Source of the DNA: Candidatus Saccharibacteria bacterium UBA1949
GTDB lineage: Bacteria; Patescibacteriota; Saccharimonadia; Saccharimonadales; Saccharimonadaceae
Reading direction: 5' to 3'
NCBI GenBank assembly: GCA_002336735.1
Contig: DDER01000011.1
Span: 186 to 51,385 of the forward strand
Length of the DNA stretch: 51,200 nucleotides
Shown here piece by piece: positions 1 to 8,260 of the stretch. Position 1 is the first letter of the stretch, and every line of letters starts with the position of its first letter. Below the pieces are notes generated by a model. The model worked only from the letters and a program-made list of their open reading frames with translations, was not told the origin of the DNA and made no database searches. A program made the translations under genes and the position numbers.

Positions 1-80
1 GGTGAGGATAAACCTCATCCGGGCTGCGGCCTTGCGAACCGCCACTGGCGGTTCTCACCTTACCACTTGGCGACACCCCA
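1..80 (-). tRNA. 5' part of a tRNA-Gln-like gene interrupted by a structured insert; runs off the window edge
   Basis: Minus strand 80..58 reads TGGGGTGTCGCCAAGTGGTAAGG, the typical tRNA-Gln acceptor 5' strand plus D-arm. It is followed by the hairpin GAACCGCC-AGT-GGCGGTTC instead of an anticodon arm. Extended -10 TGaTATAAT at 105..97. Confidence 0.55.
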
Positions 81-383
81 ATAGTGCACGTTGCTCATTA
101 TATCAAATATTGTCACCAAATTGTTTCTGGCCGCCATGGGACCAGCCCGCTCGTCGATTCCTTCGCAATCGCTTTTTGGTACTACTCAGTCGGGATGATG
201 CATCTCAGCCGGCTCCTAGACTTTAGAGCTGCCACTAGCGGCGCTCGCCCAGTGCCTTGTCACGATAAAATTCTTTCAGAATTTTTCGGCGACCCCGCCT
301 CAACTCCGTGAACTGAAGTGCATCGGGGTTTCCGGCCTTGCAGACAGCCACTGGCTGTCTGCACACTTGGCGACACCCCAATA
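64..383. repeat. 20-bp exact direct repeat CACTTGGCGACACCCCAATA at 64-83 and 364-383
   Basis: Read directly; the copies are exactly 300 bp apart. CGGCCTTGC also recurs at 27-35 and 333-341. Confidence 0.95.
128..380 (-). ncRNA. tRNA-Gln-derived interrupted/degenerate RNA with two ~100-nt structured inserts
   Basis: tRNA-like pieces TGGGGTGTCGCCAAGTG (380..364), AAGGCACTGGGC (258..247) and CTGGTCCCATGGCGGCCA (145..128) are separated by inserts 363..259 and 246..146. No T-arm is visible. Promoter TAGACG-17-TATCAT (426..421, 403..398). Confidence 0.5.
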
Positions 384-665
384 AGCGATACCTAAGTATG
401 ATAGCAAAAAAGCAGAATATCGTCTAGGATAGGGGGTCAATGGAAGATCCTCGAACGGTTGCCCGAAGATCTTAACCGTGTGCCGCCACTCTATATAATT
501 TGCGAGGAGAAGACGCATGTGTGAGATAGCGACCCTCTGCTTATATAGTATGCGTAGTGACACGCACTTATGATAACGATAGTGAATAAGTCATTCTGTA
601 ATATTATTTACAAATCTCGAGAATAGGTGCTTGTCTGTATCAAAAAGATGTGCGATGATGAAATT

Positions 666-1331
666 ATGAAAAAGAACAACAATCTCTATCAATATTTTGT
701 GGGTGGGATGATTATTCTCATCGGTGCAGGGTTTTTGTTACAGAGTCTTGACTTAGTCGATTTTGAGCAGGTTGTAGATAGCTATTGGCCGCTCGCTATT
801 ATCGCGATTGGCGCCCTCAGTTTGTCGAGTAATCCACGCCGCTGGCCGTGGCCGGTATTTATCATGATCGCTGGGATTACGTTGTTGCTGAGGTCTCTTG
901 ATATTGTCCAATTCGATATATGGAACATGCTATGGCCAATTATCTTGATTGGGCTCGGTGTGACATTTATATTTAATCGCACCAATGAACACCATGAATC
1001 TGCTCACGCGACGCTTCACGAGGCGGCGATGTTTACAGGTATTAACAAAACGCTTGGCACGCGTGATTTCAAAGGCGGGGATGTTAATGCTATTTTCGGT
1101 GGTGTCGAGATTAATCTTGCAGATGCAAGCATCAAAAAGAACGCCACGATAGATATATTTGCGATGTTTGGCGGTGTAGAAATCACCGTACCACCCGACT
1201 GGGAAATTGATTCGCAGGTGCTAGCTATTTTTGGCGGTGTCGAGTTGCCGCGCTCCACACCAAAGAACCCTAAAAAGACGCTTCACTTGCGTGGCACGTG
1301 TCTATTCGGTGGTATCGAAATCAAGCGGTAA
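666..1331 (+). CDS. LiaF-like membrane protein (N-terminal TM helices, C-terminal DUF2154-type domain)
   Basis: Four hydrophobic segments with W-P motifs, then repeated 'AxFGGVEI' units typical of LiaF/DUF2154. ATG at 666 preferred over the longer ORF start. Confidence 0.75.
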   Translation: MKKNNNLYQYFVGGMIILIGAGFLLQSLDLVDFEQVVDSYWPLAIIAIGALSLSSNPRRWPWPVFIMIAGITLLLRSLDIVQFDIWNMLWPIILIGLGVTFIFNRTNEHHESAHATLHEAAMFTGINKTLGTRDFKGGDVNAIFGGVEINLADASIKKNATIDIFAMFGGVEITVPPDWEIDSQVLAIFGGVELPRSTPKNPKKTLHLRGTCLFGGIEIKR

Positions 1332-1425
1332 TGTAGCAAAAAACACTTTCTTTTCACGGTCTTCTCGTTGTTATAATGAAACTATAAGCAAGATACGATA
1401 GTATAGCTTAGAAAGGGGAAGTAGT

Positions 1426-1794
1426 ATGAAGATGACAACCAAAACCATCGCCTCTCTGATGGTAATCACGGCGATATCGGCTGCCATACCTGGCGCAAGC
1501 CAACTGGCACATATCGGACGTAAGCGCCAAGAGTCACAATTTGATCGATTACTCCAACGGCACGACCGCAAAGGCGAATTGAGGGCTGAGGTTCTCGGAA
1601 TTGCGCCGCTTGAATTTAAGCATATGCAGAAGCGGATGACCTTTCGCCAGATTACAAACAAATGTGGGTTTAGCTCGCAGAGAGCGTTTCGTTTAGCGCT
1701 CCTCGGTAGGCTTCGCACTGAACTACGCCAGCGCGGCTGGACAACAAAAGAGATGGATGAACACGTCCATATTCGTCTTTGCCGCATGGCATAA
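1426..1794 (+). CDS. hypothetical basic protein with N-terminal hydrophobic/signal segment
   Basis: 122-aa ORF with SD-like AAGGGG upstream and a terminator downstream. Confidence 0.7.
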   Translation: MKMTTKTIASLMVITAISAAIPGASQLAHIGRKRQESQFDRLLQRHDRKGELRAEVLGIAPLEFKHMQKRMTFRQITNKCGFSSQRAFRLALLGRLRTELRQRGWTTKEMDEHVHIRLCRMA

Positions 1795-1811
1795 TGCCTC
1801 GACTTACACCT

Positions 1812-1845
1812 ATACCACCCCTCTTCACGCTAGGGGTGGTATTTG
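1812..1845 (+). terminator. intrinsic terminator
   Basis: ATACCACCCCT-N9-AGGGGTGGTAT 11-bp stem followed by a short T run. Confidence 0.7.
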
Positions 1846-1890
1846 ATATGGTCTCACTACGCTAGCTGTAGCGCCATAAATATTTTTACA

Positions 1891-1957
1891 ACACAAAATC
1901 TATTGACGAACCCTATATGTGGGAGTAGGATAAATCCATAAGCACTAAATATAGTGT
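1891..1957 (+). promoter_or_regulatory. sigma70 promoter of nrdD overlapped by tandem NrdR boxes
   Basis: TTGACG (1903-1908)-17-TAGGAT (1926-1931). NrdR-box-like 16-mers ACCCTATATGTGGGAG (1910-1925) and GCACTAAATATAGTGT (1942-1957) are 32 bp apart; a weaker third copy lies at 1891-1906. Confidence 0.75.
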
Positions 1958-2089
1958 TTACCGACTACTAGCGGCGAGAGACGGGGACCGCTAGCGGCCA
2001 AACACCACACACTATCATAAACACAGTTTTGCATTGACTCACGGCCGCATAGGCTTGGTTGTTAGTGCTCGTATAACAAGGAGGGGAGC

Positions 2090-4213
2090 ATGTACGTATA
2101 TATCAAAAAGCGCGATGGCCGCAAGGTCAAGTTTATGGTGGCAAAGATCACTCGCGCGATAGAAAAGGCCGGTATTGCAACTGGTGAGTTTGCTGAAGCC
2201 GAGGCGGGCGTACTCACGCAGCAGGTTGTATCACGCGCGGCGGCTGAGATTGATACACGGGTACCCTCTGTAGAGCAAATCCAAGATATTGTGGAGGCTG
2301 TGCTGCTGGACTCTCACTACAAAAAAGCCGCCGAAGCATATATCATCTACCGCGATCAGCACAAAAAACTCCGCGAGATTGCGGATGTTGCGCACATTGA
2401 TTTGATTGATCAATACCTCTCGAAGCTTGACTGGCGCGTCAACGAAAACAGTAATATGGATTATAGTTTGCAGGGTCTCAATAATTATCTCGCTGGCGAA
2501 GTCAGCAAGACGTACTGGCTTAACAAAATCTACACGCCAGAGATTGGTGCCCTCCATACATCGGGCGATCTTCACATCCACGACCTCAGCTTGCTCAGTG
2601 TCTATTGTGTTGGCTGGGATTTGATGGATTTGCTACGAGAAGGGTTTACTGGTGTGCCAAATAAAGCTGCTTCTAAGCCTGCCAAACATTTTCGCTCAGC
2701 TCTCGGTCAAATTGTCAATTTTTTCTACACGCTCCAGGGTGAAGCGGCGGGCGCCCAGGCATTTTCTAACTTTGATACTCTACTGGCGCCATTTATTCGG
2801 GCTGATAAACTCGAATACGCGGAGGTCAAACAAGCATTGCAAGAATTTGTCTTTAACGTCAATGTGCCGACTCGTGTCGGGTTCCAGACGCCGTTTACCA
2901 ATATCACTCTCGATCTAGAGCCGCCTCAACACATGGCGGGCGTGCCGGCGATCATCGGTGGCGAGATCCAAGAGACAAATCACGGCGACTATCAGGCAGA
3001 AATGAATATATTCAACAAAGCGCTGCTTGAAGTATTGTGTGAGGGTGATGCTAATGGCCGCGTATTTACGTTTCCGATCCCGACCTATAACATCACGTCA
3101 GAATTTGACTGGGACAACCCTGTAGTTGAGAATCTATGGGAGGCAAGCGCCAAATATGGTATTCCGTATTTTTCCAATTTCGTCAATAGCGATATGAAGC
3201 CCGAGGATGCCCGCAGCATGTGCTGCCGTTTGCGTATTGACAATCGGCAGCTCGAGTATCGTGGCGGTGGTCTTTTTGGTTCAAATCCTATGACTGGAAG
3301 CGTCGGCGTCGTGACGATCAACTTGCCGCGTATCGCGCTCAAGACAACAAATGAGCAAGAATTTCAAAAGCGCCTAGAATACCTCATGCAACAAGCGCGC
3401 GAAAGTCTGGAAGTCAAGCGAAAAACGCTCGAGCGCCTCACCGACGCAAATCTCTACCCTTATACGAAATTTTATCTACGAGATATCAAAAAGCGTTTTG
3501 ATAAATATTGGAAAAACCATTTCTCAACAATTGGTCTGGTAGGTATGAATGAAGCTGCTGAGAATTTGCTCGGCGTCAATATCGCCAGTGATAAAGGCAG
3601 GGCATTTGCCGAACGAACACTCGATTTTATGCGCGATACGCTCATGCGGTATCAGCAAGAAACCGGCAACAACTATAATCTCGAGGCGACACCCGCAGAA
3701 GGCACAACCTATCGCCTAGCGCAGATTGACCAGCGAGATTATCCTGACAGCGCAGTATTTGCCAATGGCGTCGGCGCGACTGTAGAGGCACCGTTTTATA
3801 CCAACTCGACGCATTTGCCCGTGAATTACACGAATGATTTGTTTGAGTTGCTGGATCTACAAGATGAGTTGCAGACGAAATATACTGGCGGTACGGTCGT
3901 GCATTTCTTTCTCGGTGAACGCGTGGCTGACCCTCGCACGCTCAAGGGCTTAGTCAAAAAAATCTGTACAAACTATCGTCTGCCGTATTTTACTTTCAGC
4001 CCGAGTTTTAGTATCTGTCGTAACCACGGCTATCTGATCGGTGAGCAGCCAGCTTGTCAGGAATGCGGCGAAACGTGCGAGATTTATTCACGAGTTGTTG
4101 GATTTTTGCGCCCCGTTCAACAATGGAATGGCGGCAAAAAAGCCGAGTTTGCGATGCGTCATCACTATGACTCGGCGGCAGACCATATTAAGACACTGAC
4201 TCCTGCGGGGTAA
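2090..4213 (+). CDS. nrdD: anaerobic (class III) ribonucleoside-triphosphate reductase with N-terminal ATP cone
   Basis: ATP cone (IKKRDGR...), HIHDL, finger loop SMCCRL, ATPAE, C-terminal Zn site CxxH...CxxC and glycyl-radical loop SRVVGFLRP. SD GGAGGGG. Confidence 0.97.
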   Translation: MYVYIKKRDGRKVKFMVAKITRAIEKAGIATGEFAEAEAGVLTQQVVSRAAAEIDTRVPSVEQIQDIVEAVLLDSHYKKAAEAYIIYRDQHKKLREIADVAHIDLIDQYLSKLDWRVNENSNMDYSLQGLNNYLAGEVSKTYWLNKIYTPEIGALHTSGDLHIHDLSLLSVYCVGWDLMDLLREGFTGVPNKAASKPAKHFRSALGQIVNFFYTLQGEAAGAQAFSNFDTLLAPFIRADKLEYAEVKQALQEFVFNVNVPTRVGFQTPFTNITLDLEPPQHMAGVPAIIGGEIQETNHGDYQAEMNIFNKALLEVLCEGDANGRVFTFPIPTYNITSEFDWDNPVVENLWEASAKYGIPYFSNFVNSDMKPEDARSMCCRLRIDNRQLEYRGGGLFGSNPMTGSVGVVTINLPRIALKTTNEQEFQKRLEYLMQQARESLEVKRKTLERLTDANLYPYTKFYLRDIKKRFDKYWKNHFSTIGLVGMNEAAENLLGVNIASDKGRAFAERTLDFMRDTLMRYQQETGNNYNLEATPAEGTTYRLAQIDQRDYPDSAVFANGVGATVEAPFYTNSTHLPVNYTNDLFELLDLQDELQTKYTGGTVVHFFLGERVADPRTLKGLVKKICTNYRLPYFTFSPSFSICRNHGYLIGEQPACQECGETCEIYSRVVGFLRPVQQWNGGKKAEFAMRHHYDSAADHIKTLTPAG

Positions 4214-4214
4214 T

Positions 4215-4901
4215 ATGAAGATCGGCGGAATAGAGAAGTTCTCAACAGTAGATTACCCGGGGCATACTTCGGCCGCTATCTTCACTATAGGCTGTAATAT
4301 GCGCTGCGGGTACTGCCACAATCCTGAACTAGTACTCCCTGAGCAGTATCTTGATAGTTTGCCTGTTGATGAGATCGTGCGATTTCTACACACGCGAATC
4401 GGGCTGCTAGACGGTGTGACAATTAGCGGCGGCGAACCGACAATACATAATGACCTGCCAGAATTTGTACGAATGGTTAAAAATATGAGCTATCTCGTCA
4501 AACTCGATACCAATGGCACCCATCCTCGGATGCTCGAGCAGATGCTCGATGACAATCTGCTTGATTTCGTAGCGATGGATATTAAGGGGCCGCTCGATAT
4601 GTACCAGCAAATTGCAGCGCGTCCTGTCGACGAGGCAGCCATACGCGACAGTATTCGGCTCATCAAAACACGTGTAGCGCATGAATTTCGGACGACAATC
4701 GTTCGCGGCCAGCTCGTGCCTGAGGATTTCGATGCTATTGGTCAATTAGTAGCTGGGGCTGAGCGCTATGCGCTCCAGTATTATCGCAAAGGTCAGACAG
4801 TCAGCCCGCAGTTTCAGGAAGCTGAGGGGGTGTCCGACCACGCTATGCAACAATGCTGTGCGATCATGAGCCGGTATGTCAAAGATGTGGTGGTGCACTA
4901 A
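4215..4901 (+). CDS. nrdG: anaerobic RNR activating radical SAM protein
   Basis: GCNMRCGYCHN (CxxxCxxC), SGGEPT and KLDTNG motifs; directly after nrdD. Confidence 0.95.
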   Translation: MKIGGIEKFSTVDYPGHTSAAIFTIGCNMRCGYCHNPELVLPEQYLDSLPVDEIVRFLHTRIGLLDGVTISGGEPTIHNDLPEFVRMVKNMSYLVKLDTNGTHPRMLEQMLDDNLLDFVAMDIKGPLDMYQQIAARPVDEAAIRDSIRLIKTRVAHEFRTTIVRGQLVPEDFDAIGQLVAGAERYALQYYRKGQTVSPQFQEAEGVSDHAMQQCCAIMSRYVKDVVVH

Positions 4902-5590
4902 TGGAAAAAATAGCAGCTATCGTCACGCGTGTGCGGCGCGAAAGTCCTGATGTCGTCACAATTTATTTTCTGTTGCAAAACAGGGCGAAACTCGACTACG
5001 AGGCGGGCCAGTACATCACTGTGTATTTCGAAAATTCATCAGCGCCTGAGGGCAAAGCCTATAGTCTATCGAGCGCGCCGCACGAAAAGTGGATGAGTAT
5101 CACGGTCAAAAAAATCGGCGAGTATTCTGGCCGACTCCATGCGCTACGAGCGGGCGATGTATTCGCGATTTCCGAGGCCTATGGTTTTTTCAACCCTCGC
5201 ACCAGCCAGCCAATTGTCGCTATCAGCGCCGGCTGCGGCATTGCGCCGCTATGGAGTATCATCAAGGACGAATATTGGCGCGAAAAAGCTCGCATTGCAC
5301 ATGTTTTTTACACCAACAAAACAGCTGACGACATACTATTTCAGCATGAGATATCCGACCTGCATGCGCAGCACCCGGATCTCAGCGTCGCTCATTACAT
5401 CACACGCCAGCCAGAATTAGGCGATGCATTTCGCATCGGACGTATCGATATAGACGCCGTCGCGCAGCTAGGTGATGAAGCCAGATACTTGGTGTGTGGA
5501 TCGGTCGAGTTTGTCAAAGATATGTGGGTGGGACTTATGCAACGCGGCATAGGGCAAAACAATATATCAACCGAAACGTTTTTTGAGTAA
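4901..5590 (+). CDS. FAD/NAD(P)-binding oxidoreductase, ferredoxin/flavodoxin-NADP+ reductase-like
   Basis: AGQY, KAYSLSS, G.YS, AGCGIAP, VCGS and terminal E.F motifs. ATG overlaps the nrdG TAA. Confidence 0.85.
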   Translation: MEKIAAIVTRVRRESPDVVTIYFLLQNRAKLDYEAGQYITVYFENSSAPEGKAYSLSSAPHEKWMSITVKKIGEYSGRLHALRAGDVFAISEAYGFFNPRTSQPIVAISAGCGIAPLWSIIKDEYWREKARIAHVFYTNKTADDILFQHEISDLHAQHPDLSVAHYITRQPELGDAFRIGRIDIDAVAQLGDEARYLVCGSVEFVKDMWVGLMQRGIGQNNISTETFFE

Positions 5591-5598
5591 TAGCTATT

Positions 5599-6033
5599 AT
5601 GGCAGAAATCAGCAGAGGACAGTCAATCGAAGAGCGTCGAGCGGCTCTCGCAGAAATTGTAGCGGCCCGCCGAGCGAATTTGGGAGCGGCAGCATGCGGC
5701 AGCTGTACTAAGCGCGATCAATGTGCGCTCGAGCCAATCGATGACACGTGCCACGAGACGTCAAATGTAACAATCGATACGACCACACCAGACGCCCGTG
5801 CACGTGCTGTCTTGGCTCTACGCGACGATACAGTTCCTCGCGTACAGCTCGCCTCATGTCCTAAACCATCACCTGTACTGCTACCAAAACGCTCTCAGGC
5901 GATTAGGATTCTACCTACAGAGCGACCCGTACGAAGCCATCAGGCTGAAAAAGGATTTCTCGAGCGACTACTCGATGGAATCGTCGAGGCAATTGGTGGC
6001 GCGGCTGTTCGGGCATCTACAGGCCATAGGTAG
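5599..6033 (+). CDS. hypothetical protein with Cys cluster (CxxCxxxxxC...C)
   Basis: 144-aa ORF starting 8 bp after the reductase. Confidence 0.6.
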   Translation: MAEISRGQSIEERRAALAEIVAARRANLGAAACGSCTKRDQCALEPIDDTCHETSNVTIDTTTPDARARAVLALRDDTVPRVQLASCPKPSPVLLPKRSQAIRILPTERPVRSHQAEKGFLERLLDGIVEAIGGAAVRASTGHR

Positions 6034-6082
6034 GCAGTTATCATAGCCATTACCCATGGTTATCAGGTATACTAAGTCATAT

Positions 6083-6586
6083 ATGAATATGCTAATTACG
6101 GTAATAGCTGATGGCCTCATAATCCCGATGGTGGGAATTGCGGTTTATGTTATTGTGCGACATGTGGCTGGGGCGAATCGGTATCAGATGTATTGTCGTA
6201 TTATCATGGCAGGTCTGACGTCGTACGCATTTGCTAAAATTCTGGGACTATTATTTCAGCCAGAGGGAGAGCGACCGTTCGAGAAATTGGGGGTTGAGGC
6301 AGGTGCGGCATATCTTAATAACCCCGGGTTTCCTTCTGACCATGCTTTGTTCGCAGTATTTCTGGCTCTTGTGGTGTGGTACGTGACTCGCAGCCGTAGG
6401 TGGAGTCTTGTGATGACGGTGCTCGTCGTCTTGGTATGTGTTGGCCGAGTGATCGCGCTCGTACATACCCCCCTAGATGTGTTCGGCGGAGCTATCGTTG
6501 GACTTATCGGTGGCATCTGGTATCGTGAGGCTTTTTTCAAAAATACTAAGCCGAGGCATGGCGTAAAACGCAAACAAGTAGTATAA
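6083..6586 (+). CDS. PAP2-family membrane phosphatase (undecaprenyl-PP phosphatase-like)
   Basis: K...RPF, FPSDH and GRVIALVHxxxD PAP2 motifs. Confidence 0.9.
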   Translation: MNMLITVIADGLIIPMVGIAVYVIVRHVAGANRYQMYCRIIMAGLTSYAFAKILGLLFQPEGERPFEKLGVEAGAAYLNNPGFPSDHALFAVFLALVVWYVTRSRRWSLVMTVLVVLVCVGRVIALVHTPLDVFGGAIVGLIGGIWYREAFFKNTKPRHGVKRKQVV

Positions 6587-6596
6587 TATACGAGAA

Positions 6597-7097
6597 ATGA
6601 GCACCCGTCAGGAAGAAACTATTGTTGAGCCGCCAATGCGTGTATCGCCGTTTATACCTATGTCCGTAGGTGAGCTACTCAGTGCGATGCTTGGTGGTGC
6701 GATAGTTGGATTCATCGTATGGGGAGCAATGTTCTTGTTAAATCAGTTTGTATTTAGTGCGTTGTTATGTCGGTCGAGTGGGTCCGAGTGCTCGTCTGCG
6801 CCGACCTATGCTATGATTGTTGCGATGGTTGTCGGAGCGCTTGTGGGATTAGGTTGGCTTGCTCGGATGCGTATTTATCGTCCCTTGCTGGCTGTGCTTG
6901 GTGTGACGATAGCTCTCTGGACGGCCCCTTTATTTAGCGTGGGGCTCCCCGTGCACGTGGCGTTATTGGTACTATCGGCTTTTTTTGCTGTCGGTTACGG
7001 GCTATTTGCATGGTTGGCGCGGCCGCGGTCTTTTCTCTTGTCATTGCTGCTCACGGTGCTTGCGATCATAGCAGTACGTATGGCATTTATTATCTAG
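6597..7097 (+). CDS. hypothetical multi-pass membrane protein
   Basis: About five hydrophobic helices; TATAAT 9 nt upstream of the ATG. Confidence 0.8.
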   Translation: MSTRQEETIVEPPMRVSPFIPMSVGELLSAMLGGAIVGFIVWGAMFLLNQFVFSALLCRSSGSECSSAPTYAMIVAMVVGALVGLGWLARMRIYRPLLAVLGVTIALWTAPLFSVGLPVHVALLVLSAFFAVGYGLFAWLARPRSFLLSLLLTVLAIIAVRMAFII

Positions 7098-7123
7098 CTT
7101 GACGAGTGCTATACTGGAGAGGT

Positions 7124-8194
7124 ATGGAAATGCTTACTATTGTTCTGTTGCTTATTATCATATTTGGTATGGGGGCAGGGCTCTATGTAGCGACACATCG
7201 TCTTGGACAATTACAGAACACTTCGGCTGTAGAAATGATTAAGTCGGATGTCGTCGAGTTGACGCGCCATATCAGCAATTTACAGCAGGCGATGACAGAA
7301 AAAATCGATCGGTCGAGTAATTTGACGCAGACTTCTGTGCAAAAACAACTCACCGAGAGCGCCAAGTTAGTGGCAGATGTCACCCAGCGCCTAGCGAAGT
7401 TGGATGAGACCAATCGGCGAGTGGTAGATGTTGCAGATGAGCTCAAGACACTTCAGAACGTCCTCTCTAACCCCAAGCAGCGTGGTGTGTTCGGCGAGTA
7501 TTACCTAGAGAGCGTACTTGAAAACGTCCTACCTCCCAAGCAGTACCAGATGCAGTATACTTTTGCTGACGGAGAGACGGTCGATGCAGCGGTGTTTCTT
7601 GATCGCGGTCAAATCCTACCGATTGATAGCAAATTTAGTCTTGAAAATTACAACCGTATGATCCAAGCAGAAACTAAAACCGAACGCGATAGACTGCTTG
7701 GTAAGGTCAGACTTGACCTCAAGGCCAGAATAGACGAGACAAGCAAGTATATTCGTCAAAACGAGCGAACAATGGATTTTGCTTTTATGTTTATTCCGAG
7801 CGAGTCGCTCTACTACGACTTATTAATCAACAATGTTGGTAGCGGGAGTAGTTCACGCGACCTTATCGAGTATGCGTTTCGCGACCGCCATGTGATTATT
7901 GTTAGTCCAACGAGTTTTATGGCTTACTTGCAGACAGTTCTACAGGGACTGCGTAGCTTGCAGATTGAAGAGCAAGCAAAAGATATTCAGGTGCGAGTTG
8001 GCAAACTGGGGCAACATATTGCTAAGTTCGAAGAATATATGCAGCGACTCGGTAACTCGCTAGGAACAACTGTCAATCACTATAACAATGCCCACAAAGA
8101 ACTCAGCAAAATCGACAAAGATGTGGTGAAGATTGCCAAGATGGATTCTGGTGTTGATCCTATTCTGCTCGACAAGCCAAATGTGCATGACTAG
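7124..8194 (+). CDS. rmuC: DNA recombination protein RmuC
   Basis: N-terminal TM and coiled coil, then RGxFGE, PIDSKF, FAFMFIPSE and VSPTSF motifs. Start could be 7124 or 7130. Confidence 0.93.
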   Translation: MEMLTIVLLLIIIFGMGAGLYVATHRLGQLQNTSAVEMIKSDVVELTRHISNLQQAMTEKIDRSSNLTQTSVQKQLTESAKLVADVTQRLAKLDETNRRVVDVADELKTLQNVLSNPKQRGVFGEYYLESVLENVLPPKQYQMQYTFADGETVDAAVFLDRGQILPIDSKFSLENYNRMIQAETKTERDRLLGKVRLDLKARIDETSKYIRQNERTMDFAFMFIPSESLYYDLLINNVGSGSSSRDLIEYAFRDRHVIIVSPTSFMAYLQTVLQGLRSLQIEEQAKDIQVRVGKLGQHIAKFEEYMQRLGNSLGTTVNHYNNAHKELSKIDKDVVKIAKMDSGVDPILLDKPNVHD

Positions 8195-8208
8195 TATGTG
8201 ATGATATC

Positions 8209-8245
8209 AAAAACTCGCCGTAGGGTACGGCGAGTTAGTTGTTTG
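8209..8245. terminator. bidirectional terminator between convergent rmuC and aquaporin
   Basis: AACTCGCCGTA-GGG-TACGGCGAGTT perfect 11-bp stem with A-rich left and T-rich right flanks. Confidence 0.8.
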
Positions 8246-8260
8246 TTAGCTATTGTGAAT

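Noticed and set aside
146-363. tRNA inserts as canonical group I introns
   Set aside because: Each is only ~100 nt, no P7 core could be identified by eye, and one lies in the D-loop.
64-383. 20-bp direct repeat as a CRISPR array
   Set aside because: Only two copies, 280 bp between them, tRNA-derived sequence, and no cas genes in the window.
2-563. Short ORFs 2..226, 84..311 and 300..563
   Set aside because: They overlap tRNA-like structured sequence and show no protein motifs or start signals.
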